A DNA stretch of 64,000 bases from Marsupella aquatica (lineage: Eukaryota > Plantae > Marchantiophyta): assembly GCA_973895155.1 (NCBI GenBank), contig OZ316896.1, forward strand, positions 10,964,795 through 11,028,794, given 5' to 3'. The notes below the pieces were generated by a model, which saw only the letters and a list, made by a program, of their open reading frames with translations, ran no database searches and was not told where the DNA came from. Numbering within the stretch: the stretch's first letter is position 1; the number at the start of each line of letters is the position of its first letter. The position numbers and the translations under genes are program-made. Shown piece after piece: positions 52,880 to 64,000 of the stretch.

Positions 52880-53075
52880 TTCAGACTTACGGGTAATATC
52901 GCTTCGAGATGGTATTCACCAAAATTAATGTTATTGTGGAGTATTGCGAATTCTTTTACTTCAGCAAGTTAGTAATTATTTTGTTCAGACTTACGGGAAG
53001 TGTATTCTCCAATATTAATGTTATTGTGAAGTAGTGCGAATCTTTGACCTCCAGCAAGTTAGTGACTTTATTGTC
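52880..53075. repeat. Degenerate ~90-100-bp tandem duplication
   Basis: TTCAGACTTACGGG...TTAATGTTATTGTG...CAGCAAGTTAGT occurs twice. Confidence 0.8.
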
Positions 53076-53512
53076 CGGTTAGAATCCAGTGAGACTGGAT
53101 ATTTTACCGAGTTAGTTTGGGTGGCCGAAAACTTCAAAGTTCCGTCATAATTCAGTGAAACTGTCATCCAAGATGCCTGAGCATGTGAACAATTTGCAAC
53201 AAATCGTAATGTTATCGGAGCGCGCCCAGATGCTTGTGCATGCCATAGATATACACTTCCAACAAATGGTGACGTAATCATTTCAACGAACATATGGGAT
53301 GTAAAATTCTGACCTAACCATTGACCAATTAGCAGGCCAACTTAAGCCAGAAAGAGGAGAGATGAGGCTACTGAGTGAAATTTTGATCACCCTATGCATT
53401 GGCTTGGGGATTGCAAGGTGGAGGCTTAGGCACAGGTTTTCAAATTTGCAACTCAATTTGAAATATGGACGGGAATATTTAATTATGAGGGCTGCTATAA
53501 GACTAATGATGC

Positions 53513-53730
53513 CAATAGTGAACCGATGGACTAAGGTGAACCGATGGACAATAGTGAACCGATGAGTTTAGTGACTTCCATCAGGTAGACTTCTTTAGTG
53601 TTCGGAATATATTCGTGCATGGCCTCCTTTGCGGAGCTAATCTTTATCAAAAGATACTGCAATGTTTTTGAGCACGGCCTCCTTTGGCGAGCTGATCTTT
53701 ATGAAAAGATACTGCAATGTATTTGAGCAC
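53513..53730. repeat. Short tandem repeats (18 bp x3 and ~56 bp x2)
   Basis: GTGAACCGATG occurs three times at 53518-53564. GGCCTCCTTTG...AAAAGATACTGCAATGT.TTTGAGCAC occurs twice at 53616-53730. Confidence 0.85.
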
Positions 53731-56376
53731 CTCTTGCCAGCCTCTGGGTGTAGAGGCCCTTGAAATTGGCAAAGAAGTTTTTTCAATTGTCAATTAATTG
53801 CAACAACTCCCTCGGGTTAATGCTGCACTCCCATTTTGTGGTAAGAAGCATAAAAACTCCAATCCAATCCATTGCATGAGGTTTACTAGCAGAAGGAGGT
53901 GCTCAAATACATGGCTGTCCCATAATGATTTGAAAACGATCAGCTCACCAAGGAGGCCATGCACAAATACATTCAGAACACAAAGGGAGCCCACTTCACT
54001 TGAGTCACTAAACTCAGGCACACATATAAGATGCCTGTAGACATGTTGGCAAAGTTGATGGGACTGCAGGCACAGATGCTCATCGAATGTATGCAAAAAG
54101 CAACAAAGAATGGCTCATCATCGAAATCCCTGCTCTGAGCAACAACAACAACACGATAATGGGATTGGCACGCAAGTTAGATAGATTAGGATTTCAACAA
54201 AATATATTGAAACAATTTTTCTGTAAATTAAGAATAAATTATTTTCTCATGAATATCTTGTATACCAATTGAAACCCCAAAATCATTTGCTCCAGAGAAC
54301 CAATTTCAGGTCACACGAAACACACCCACAACAGTTACAACCCATTTGTGGATGCATTGATTACTTCACTAACCAACTAAGTTGATGAATTAAAATACCC
54401 TAATTATGTAAAGTATCAAGGGGTTTTCTAAAATGAAATATAATATATAGCACAGCTTTATATGAATCTGAAGTTGGGGTGGACTGAGACATTCTCCCTA
54501 GTACCATCCCCATGTACTGCGTAAAGTGATTACTGAGTTCACACCAAAACAAAAAAGGAATTTGGTTGCGTATTGCAGTTGACAACTTTGACAACCTTGT
54601 GGAGAAAGTAGTTGACATGAAGTCACCTTTTTTTGAAAACACCATATACATAGTGTTGTCTGCATGGCTTAGATGTTGCCTGGAGAAGAATGAAGCTTCT
54701 TCATCAAGCTACAATCTCAACCCAATTGAAAGCAAGCAAAAAGGATTAGTGAGAGAAGGTGTGATAGAAAACATTTGCCCCACTCCATTGCTCCAAATTA
54801 AGCCCCCCCCCCCCCCCCCGCTTAAGAAAATTGTCAAGTCATCACAAAATTTGCAAATACATAGTGCATTTTTCAAAATGCATGTCTTGAAGAATTACTC
54901 CACAGGGTTGTCAAAGTCATCTAAAGTTTGGGACAAAAACCCAACCTTTGAATTTGGCAGACATGTCAATTTATATGAAGGAATTTTGGATCTTATTTAA
55001 GCTGAAATTGATATCAGAAGAGTATGAGGGATTTAGCAAAGAAAATCAACTCCACCTACCAGCAAAAGAGGTAGCGGCAAGTAAAGGTACTTCAATTCAT
55101 GCTAGTAATTAAAGATGTGAAGAAAATTGAAATGGCAATTGAAGCGTTGAAGCTCAAGCCACCACTCAAGCATGAAGAGAACATAAGGCTATTTAAAAAT
55201 GGAATCTGCAAAGCTAAGACACAAGAAGGTTTGTGTAGTTCAATTACGAGTAACAGTTAACAGTTCAGTTCAAGCATTCAAGACTCCATAAAGCATTCGC
55301 ATACAGATATTGTGTTGGATGAAATTGATTAAAAATAAAGAGAAGAAAGTGGTTGTCAAGAACAGATTGTTTAGAGTTAATTGCTCAACTTTGAAACTGG
55401 GAAACTGATTGTAATTTGGCTAGGACATTTTAAGGGAGGAATATGAAATCATTTTATAGAAAAACTCAAATCAAATGAGCTGAATTTGTTCATTGATGAA
55501 AACCCATTAATTTCAGACAAATCTTCCTCTTCCGTCCGTACACATTTTCATATGTATCATTTATATTATAACATCAACTTATAGACCCACCCCCAATGAG
55601 CTGAAACGAGTGAGGGCCTCCCGTGCTACCATTGCTCCCCTCCTTTTTGGAGTCACTGAGAACCTGACACCAAGAGAATGTCAATGTATTCAACAAAAAG
55701 ATGAACATCAGACAAATGATACGACACGGTACAGTCCTATTATGCACCTTTGGCATAATGTCCATGAGGTTGAATTCAAACGTGGGAACGAGAGTGGGAA
55801 CTTTTTTGAGAGGCTTGAAGTTAAAATTCATTATTAACCTTACTTCCATCCTAGCACGACCTCTCTACAACATCTGAACTGTAAAGTAGATTTGGACTAC
55901 TAAAGTTGGCTGCATACAGATGATCAATATAGTACAGATTTGCTCTGCACTTCCGGGAACTAATTGAAAACTTATGATTCTTAGAAAGATATGCCCGGGC
56001 GAGACAGGTTGGCCATTACCAGGTGAAATTTGATTTACCTAAGACCGACGGCTACGGCGTTACTGAAGGGGCTCAAGCAAGGCTTAGCCTGGCCCACAAC
56101 ATTGTCGGTATAGTTCAATTGTCCCAGGCCTCATCTCAAATCAGATGAATTTCAGCTGAATTCAGATATACTCTCTGCCACAACTATTGCGTTGGCTAAC
56201 TACTGTAAATTGGCAGTACATGAATTGTACTAAGTTAACTCAATCCCACCTGCACGGCATATCTATTCCCCATTTGAGACACGAGTGAATGCACATAAAT
56301 GCTCGTGGAGTTCGTAACTATTTCCCCTAATGCCGTTTCCTAACTATAAACATCCAACAACGACGGGAGATACAAA

Positions 56377-58717
56377 CTATGCCTCACCCTTGGCAAGAGC
56401 GATGACATTAAAATTGTGGGACTGAGGGTTCCTTGCTATAAATTCCTGGATAACGGTCACAGCATCCTGCACAGTATAGACGTCGGATGTCAATCACCAG
56501 AACCACTGAAAATGCCGAAATTTGAGATCATGAATTGAAACACACTAACCTTCAAGAGAGATTCTTTCTTTGCAGGTCCGTGATATATTGGATTGGATTT
56601 ACGTCCATCTAATTCATAAAGTCCACCTGCATTGAACCGTAAAGGGTTTTCAACAGATCCAATAACATTTAAACTCGCAGGGCTTTTCAGATGAAAGTGA
56701 ATGAACACCAGCTGAAAGTCTTGGAATTGCAAAAGGGAGTGACTTACCATCTACACAAACAAAGCAGATGAAGTGGAGATCAACTGAAGCATTCACATCT
56801 GGTGGCTGTTGAAGACAAGAGAGAATCAGGATTGAAGTGTCATGACCTCCACAAGTGGCTTTTTAACCAAGCGAGAAGATCAAGACGTTGCTCACAGTAT
56901 AAGTGCAGAAAACTGCTTGATCTTCTTGTTCATGAGTGTTCTTTATAGATACAAGGCCCGAATAACTTACAGCAGTATCCCCAGCGCTAGCAGCAGTTGA
57001 ATGGGCACCTTCAAGCTCTGTGGCGGTTTCTAGGTACGCTGCCCTCTGTAGCAAATCACCAAATCAAAACCAATCAGAACATAATCAAATAAATAACTAA
57101 ACGTAAATATCTCCCAAAACTGACATGCATGTCCAGAACAGAATTAACGTAACTGCACAATAGGTAGTTTGTTAGCTCAACCAAATCACCAAAACAAGGA
57201 AAGTCGTTGTTTGCCCCATAAAAAATGCATTCGCTTCATACTAAGAGCATTGGCCACACTGTCGAGAGGAATAGGCAAAACGGAGCCCCCATACTACATT
57301 AACAGAAGGGAGGAAAGGGTTGCACTAATTTTCAAAGTTACTAACTTACATCATCTGGATTCATGGTTGACGTTGCCTTGAATAGCTTTTTGAGGAAAGA
57401 ACCCTCCCCTGAGATAAGAGTAAACAAGCTCTAAGGTCAAAGAACGGTTCTGCTACAAGATACGGCAGCCAGAACAGAACTATATGACATGCGTTGAGAG
57501 AAAGTCCCTACCCAGCTCAATCTGAGCTACGTTGTTGCCTAAAGCGTGAAGAATTCCAATCGTGCCACAAGCATTTCCCACGGTTTGCTTCATGAAGTAA
57601 ACCTTCTCACTCACCTGCATCCCGCCATGATGGACAAGTTGTGTGAGTGATCAGTCAATGACCTCCAAAGTAGGTCTGACAATTGCAAATATGATCATGA
57701 GAGACGAAGCATGTCCTTGAACATGACAATGAAGGACATGTTTAGAAACACATGAAAGTGGGACACATAAGTCCAACTTCAGAGAACTTTGCCTACCTTA
57801 AACCCTTCCTCAGCCTTTTTCTGCTCCTGGGCAAGGCTTGCAGCTTCGGACTGTCAATCAAACAAATATGTGTTACACTCGGGTGAGCTTGAAAAATGAG
57901 TTTAGAGGAAGTTAATTCAGTAAAATGATCACCAGAATTCCAATTGCTAGACATGACCACCATAAACTTTGATATAATCAGTGCCCACTGATAGAACACA
58001 CCAACCACGCAGCGTTGTCATTGTCTGTCCAGTCTAGATGAGAGCTTTGCCAGGACTGAGTACAAACCTCCGCGGTTATTGGAAACAGAAGCAACACAGC
58101 GAGAACCGGAGTGGGAACCATTGCAAGAAGGTCATCATCAAAGCCATACACATCATGGAAAGCGGCATCAGCGGTCAACCCCAGGCCCTGCACAAACTGC
58201 GGATTCAGAAAAACAAGATGAGAAAAACTTTTGCAAGCCGCGAGATCCACAAACTGAACACTAACAAATGCAAGCCAGAAAAACTTCCTAAGACAATAAA
58301 TTACTGGAGGCCAATCTGCTTAAAAGGAATCAAGATCGTTCACAAAGTTGCTTTCCACCTCTAGAATGGCTGCCACCGTACAAGCCTCAAATTCGATCCA
58401 AAACATCGATGACGCTTCGTATTTTAAAAATGCCAGCCAGGCGGCAGAGAGAAAAAGTTCACGATACGCTTGGACAATACTATACCCTATACAAGTGCTA
58501 TCTTTGATCTCATACCTCAACAAAAACATAACGGAATCTACGGGAAAGAACTCAGCAATCCGAGCCAAAAATGGTGTCAATTCTGTTGCAAGAGAACTTC
58601 CATGCGAATCTGAAGCCAAAACTGATTGAAGGAGGGAATTCACCAGAGTCATACCTGATTCATCACATCCGGATTTGCCTCCAAGGGTAGCCACTTCTTC
58701 TTGGAGTTCTCGTCCAT
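56377..58717 (-). CDS. UCH3: Ubiquitin C-terminal hydrolase, peptidase C12 (UCH3/UCHL3 type)
   Basis: 9 in-frame exons: 58717-58655, 58196-58068, 57850-57797, 57614-57512, 57408-57350, 57045-56971, 56805-56748, 56626-56550, 56466-56377. Motifs [32 protein letters not shown] (catalytic Q/C), DLHFICF (H) and LYELDGRK (D). Confidence 0.96.
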
Positions 58718-59127
58718 CTCCACACCACGTCGAACAAAACGCTTTCTTCGAATGTAGAGCACAGGCAGAGAACAGATACAGGGCAAGAGAAGAGGCACAG
58801 AGAAACTCCCGAGGTTGTACAAAGACAAGAGACCGAAGACGCCGCTACAGTTCCGCTGGGGGAGAACTCTTAACAACAAAATAGCTGCCTAATGTTACAA
58901 GTTTAACGCGCCTGCGACACGTTATCCAGTAATATTATGGCTGCTCTTGTGGTGTGCATACACAGAGCTTCAGCTTCTGCAAGGAAAAGATTGGCTTGTA
59001 AGGCTCGACAAATACTGCTGGTAGACGTGTTCGTACAAGCTCGAATTGCGGCACCAAACGCGAGCAGAGCAATCACAATCAATCACAATCGCAAGCACCG
59101 GAAGGCGAGAGCCGAACAGGTCATCGA

Positions 59128-59155
59128 GAGCGAGCGAGCGAGCGAGCGAGCGAGC
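59128..59155. repeat. (GAGC)7 microsatellite upstream of the UCH gene
   Basis: Read directly from the sequence. Confidence 0.95.
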
Positions 59156-60615
59156 GGGAATAACTATTTTCGAAATGCACGAGACAAGTGCCCTCCGCAA
59201 AAGATCCGGAAGCCGCGCGGAAGGTGGAGAGCGAGCGAGCTCCGCCGGACACTGTTACCAACAATTTCACCTCCTCTCCAATTATCATCAAACCTTCGTC
59301 CCTCCCCACCACCGCCGATTGCGGACGTCACTTTGCTTCGCTATGCTGTGTGCTTTACAAAACCATGTGCGGTCTACGAGATCTCGAGGAGAATTGGGAG
59401 CAGCGAGGAGAGGTCGAGGACTCGAGCGAGGAAAAGTAAGTATACTACACCGCCGAGAGAAGAAAGGAGAAATGGATGAGGGAGAAGGACAAAGAAGAGC
59501 GAGCGACCAGCCCCGCGTGGCACTTTGAAAGATGGGCGGGGACGAAAGGACAAAACTGCGTCATGTTTTTTCCTTTTTCTTTTTCTTTCTCTTTTAGTTA
59601 CCGCAGGAAACGAATTGAGGGGACAGCCGAGGACATGGCAAACTGCTTGATCTTCTTGCTTCGTGCGTGTTCTTTCCATATACTCATGCACGATAACGTA
59701 CAAGAACTCTCACGCACGTCTTTATTTTTTTATTTTATGATCCAATCGTTGCCATTCAAATGTGGGAAAAGCCAAACTTCACTGTACATGAAGTGAGGGC
59801 CTACATCTGGCAATACCATTCCACGAGGGTCCCATTTCTTGCTCACTACAGTAGGCCAATAGGGTCAAAGTTCTCCCCTAATCAAAGTGTTGCGGCTTTA
59901 TTCTTTTGAACTTATCATCTTCATGGGTACATATTTTGGTACATATTTTGGTAGCCCATAGTGATTTTATCCTGACTGTAATAGAATATCATATCCTGAA
60001 TTGTAACTGAGTTACAGCTGTGCTTTGACACTCCCTAATGTCTTTGTTGTTGAAGCCATGTTGTCATTGTGATTTTATGAGTCATAAGACAGCGGGGGAT
60101 GGCATGGGCAGGCAGACTGTCACACACAGAGGGTGAGGCAAGGTATGGACCTGGAAGGTAATCACATAATGCCCCGGCCCAACTCCTTATGGGCCGGCCC
60201 TCCTCGTGTTGTGCAAGGCACAGGCATAGGGCTCGTACAATATAAATGTTCTGGGATGAAAAGATTCAGTGCCAAAAGCAAATTCAAAACTATTATACAA
60301 CGTTGCACCTTTGTATACAGTGGTATCATGCTCCCACGGACCTTAGACAAAAACCATACAATTAGGACCAATTAGGAATATTCCCTGTCAAATTGTGAGT
60401 ACAATGAGGTCCATCTGACTTGTAAAAATCCAGGGGAGCATTTTGACAAACCTAGAGGTCTATCCACATTTCATTTTGTATCTTTAGGAGAAGCATTTTG
60501 GGTGAAAAAACAAATTTTGAAAAGAATAAACCAAAGGGAATTATAATTAGTATAAATGATACTTTTTAATTATGTCCGTAATGTAAGGAGTTATGTTTTT
60601 CCCTAAATAGGGGTT

Positions 60616-63600
60616 AGTAGGATGGCGCAAGTATGCCCGCATTCAGATTTTGTTTCCGTCCTTGGCCTAACTTTCTCAAGCTCAATAAGTATGCCAAAGC
60701 TTTTCAGTCAGGTATGCATTGAGGCTGAGAATTTATTGTAGTGAGTCATCAGCCGTTTTTGTTTGAAGGTTCAGTCGAGTATGGATAAAGCTACCCTAGC
60801 TGTTCAAAGGTTTGGCTGGGCAGGAATTCTATGTTTGCTTTGTGGTCGTAAGTTCAGCCAGATGGAGAAACAGGTTTGTGATCTGGCGATGCAGCAGATT
60901 ATATATGGAGAGTATACAGGGGGCGCAGTTAGTTACAATGAAGCATTTGATTTGAGCTTGTTCAGAGTACACGAGGATTGAGTGGAGAAATGAGGGTTTT
61001 TACTGGATGCAGGTGGTGCGTGATCTTGCAGGTACAGACATTGCAGTTTCTGAGTAGCTCACAGATGCATGGGGTGGAAGTGCTCAGACCTTTGCCGCTG
61101 CTGACAAAGCTACTGCCTATGACGGTGACAAACAACTCCACATTTCAAGGCTTGACAGATGGCCTAATCAAAATTGTAAATGTGATTGATGGAAATCCAA
61201 CAAAGTTTCTTGTCAATGCATCTCTGCCAGGTTTTAATGTTGGTGGTGAAACAATGTCATCAACCTGCTAGCAAACACCTTCTAGTTTTAAGTTGTTGGT
61301 TTGCATAGCCTAAGCCTGTACTTTGAACACAAACAGAGGTGAGTGTATTTAAACCAGTTACACCATATTCAAACACCTGCTAATTTTAAGTTGTGTTAGT
61401 TTGCATAGCCTAATTGCGTGTACTTTGAGCATAAACAGAGGTGTACTTTGAACATAAACAAAGGTGAGTATATTTAAACCAGTTACACCATATTCAGAGA
61501 CTCACCATCTCTGATTTGCACTTGCACCCCCAACTTCTGTTTGAGCTCCCGCAGTCACAATCTAGAGGCTTCACTCTACACTGTACGCCTTGAAGAGTAG
61601 TTGCACTTCGACTACTTGGAGGAATCTATGTAGATCCATTCTGAAAGATCCTATTAAGATGGTGATATCCAAGAAAAATTATTACGCGATCCTGAACTTC
61701 AGCCTCCCAAGAGTTATTTTGATTCAATTCAAAAGACATCATGCAAAAGTTGCACCAGAGGAATGTCTCGTGTCTCATCATTGTGTATATACAGTGACAT
61801 TTCGTTGTTGTCAGGTTCTCACTTTGTCAACTTTTGCACAAATTTTTCAGCTTCAAGACAAAACACTTTTTAATCTCGTCTGCTTGACGATCTCTCACTA
61901 ATTAACTGCTGTTTCTGCCAATAAACTCCTGTTTGCGGAATTCAAGATATCAAAGACTACACCGAACACAAGTCAGACCCTTCCTGTCGGAGAAGCTTCG
62001 TGAATATCTAGTCCTCTGTAATCCCAGAAACCAGAAATAGGTATCCTGATTTTCTCGCTTTTGTACAATATGGGGAACCTTTCTACATAAGCAATCGAAC
62101 TTTAAGAATGAACGAGTATGTCCCAATGAATTACTGTTGCCTCATCGAGATAAGGGATTGGATGCTAATTGGAATCTGTGGATCAAGTACTCACGTCCAC
62201 TAGCTGCTATGACAACGGTTGCTGATGGCTACCTACTAATGTATCAAATTCAATATGGAGGATCAATCACAACGCCTATCTTAGAAACAATTCCTCCCGA
62301 ATAGCAAACCTCTTTATGTGAAAACACAGATAAAAAATAACCTCAGATATCTTCGTAAACACTTCTAATTGAAAGCAGCAAATTCAGGACACAAACAAGT
62401 TACAAAGGAAATAATGCAAATCCACCATAGTAGTACCGACACCGTAGTAGAGTCTTGGAAAGATCAAACACTAAGCACGTCATCTACTGGGTCTCTACAA
62501 AACCCTGCAAATCAACAATATTATGGAAAAATATTCAATCAAGTACCTAAAATAGATGAAATTCTCCAGACGTCAAACAGATCTTTGAATACGATGAGAA
62601 GGATCAAAACATTTAGCGAACACTATCAGCTCCATCCTTACATCGTGCTTCCATATATCGTGCAGTCAAATTTTCTTTGACAAAATAGTGCATCAGCACT
62701 ACAGAGAATATATTGGCGGGAGACTGTCGTACGGCGTTCCGTAACTTACATCTGATCGCAATAAGTCGCTGTACTCCCACAGCGACAGCAACCAAACTCT
62801 GCAAAGCTTAATGTTCGTCCATTCAGTGCAGGGGATGTAGGACGGCTTATTTTCAAGAAAAGCCAGTCACAACAAATAGTTCTCATTGGCTTTTCACAGG
62901 TCAGAACGAAGTCAGAATGTACCAGATTAACATCTGTTGAAGCCCAAGGTTCCAATTGTGGCACAATCTGGAAGGTGGCCAGACAACAATCACCAGTGAC
63001 GTCTGATGGTCAGTACTCATTTGAGTATTGTTAGGAATTGTGGCATACCTAGAATTATAGGAACAAGCTTAAAGCACAGGAACCAAAACAACGGGCACAA
63101 CTCAGAGTGCATACCAGGTTCCCCAATCCATTGACCACTATTGCTCTTGTCCCTCCCAGTGTATCGTCTTGTAAGATAGGAATTTGAAGAGGACCAGCCC
63201 TAAGGTCTGTTAAATTATTTACAGATAATCGCACCTGAACCGCACCTGAACCGCACCTGAACCGCACCAATGTATAAAAACCCCAAGAAAATATGCAGGA
63301 AATGCAATTAGTTACTCGGTGCATTTATCGTAACGGTAGACGGCTGAGGAACCCAGGTAATATCACCAGTTGAAATACGTAATCTGCGTATGAACAAGTC
63401 TAAAGAATATTGACTCACCAAAAAAGCACGCTCCAGAACAATGCGAGATAGTAACTCCACAATCTCCAAACTCACATCTTTGCGAGGAATCGGCTGTTTT
63501 ACCTCAAAGAAACAACAGGTCAGATATGAACAAATTTACGCCCTGATGCTAGAATCTGAGCACCCTACTAATTATTGAAAATCCCGATGTGCACAACTCA

Positions 63601-64000
63601 TGATCGCTACGATTACTTCCAAATGCACCGAGGACCATGCCCGCCAATATCGCATTTAGAAACGTACAGAAAGCAGCATATATGTACACAGTATCCCTTG
63701 ATATCTCAGCAAAAAAACAAAACCAACCACATCTAGAAACTGGCAACTTACATTGCCCATAATTTGCTGAGTCTGCAGCCTGCCCGGTTCACCAAGGGTT
63801 GTCCTCCACAGTATTTTCAGCTTTCCAAGGGCGTTGGTGATCCCAGTCTTTAATGAACCACTCTCCAGGTCGCTTTAGCTCATAAAGAAAATGCCGAGTT
63901 CCACCATTACCTCTGACAAGCTTAACCTTAACTGAAAAGGCCACTGTACACGAGAACGACACAGAATGTTGAGTGTATCCTCTTCATTGATTATCTCATG
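60616..64000. repeat. Right arm of the inverted segmental duplication (continues past the window end)
   Basis: Reverse-complement homolog of 38073-41534. It has private indels: a tandem duplication at about 61273-61497 and an 11-bp triplication at 63231-63268. Confidence 0.95.
62484..63943 (-). pseudogene. Degenerate copy of TRAPPC13 exons 8-13
   Basis: Same exon order as 38130-39611. Lesions: a +1 insertion (CAGTTAAGG vs CAGTAAGG) and a 2-nt deletion (GAGAGTGGTTC vs GAGAGTCTGGTTC) in exon 8, an 8-nt deletion in exon 12, and loss of the exon-12 splice donor. Confidence 0.88.

Noticed and set aside
54803-54819. C17 homopolymer
   Set aside because: A simple run inside decayed TE-like DNA; its length is prone to sequencing error.
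58937-59528. 180-aa and 160-aa ORFs upstream of UCH
   Set aside because: Arg/Ser/Ala-rich products of GC-rich promoter DNA and the (GAGC)n tract, open in several frames at once.

Overview
This is eukaryotic plant DNA, not prokaryotic: it has spliceosomal GT-AG introns and is rich in transposable elements (TEs). A liverwort or other bryophyte is the most likely source, inferred from the HNL-type hydrolase domain. Supported genes: (1) the 5' part of a LISCL/SCL14-type GRAS transcription factor (1-832, minus; runs off the window and is absent from the ORF track); (2) a 3-exon stand-alone SERAC1-like alpha/beta-hydrolase resembling the N-terminal domain of liverwort hydrolase-NLRs (24301-25840, minus); (3) a 13-exon TRAPPC13 gene with a 15-nt microexon (34656-39611, plus); (4) a TPD1-like secreted Cys-rich peptide gene with two candidate signal-peptide first exons (50671/51073-52097, plus); (5) a 9-exon UCH3/UCHL3-type deubiquitinase (56377-58717, minus). 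TEs: a structurally complete but decayed Ty1/copia element (5693-12364; 345-bp LTRs, ACAAT target-site duplication (TSD), Met PBS, PPT), a solo LTR and a truncated LTR of the same family, two copies of a non-autonomous Helitron, a Tourist/Harbinger MITE, a foldback element and Harbinger remnants. An inverted segmental duplication of at least 3.4 kb (38073-41534 vs 60616-64000+) carries a frameshifted copy of the TRAPPC13 3' half and brackets the TPD1-like and UCH genes. No CRISPR array, rRNA or convincing tRNA was seen. Family calls come from motifs recognised by eye; no database search was run.
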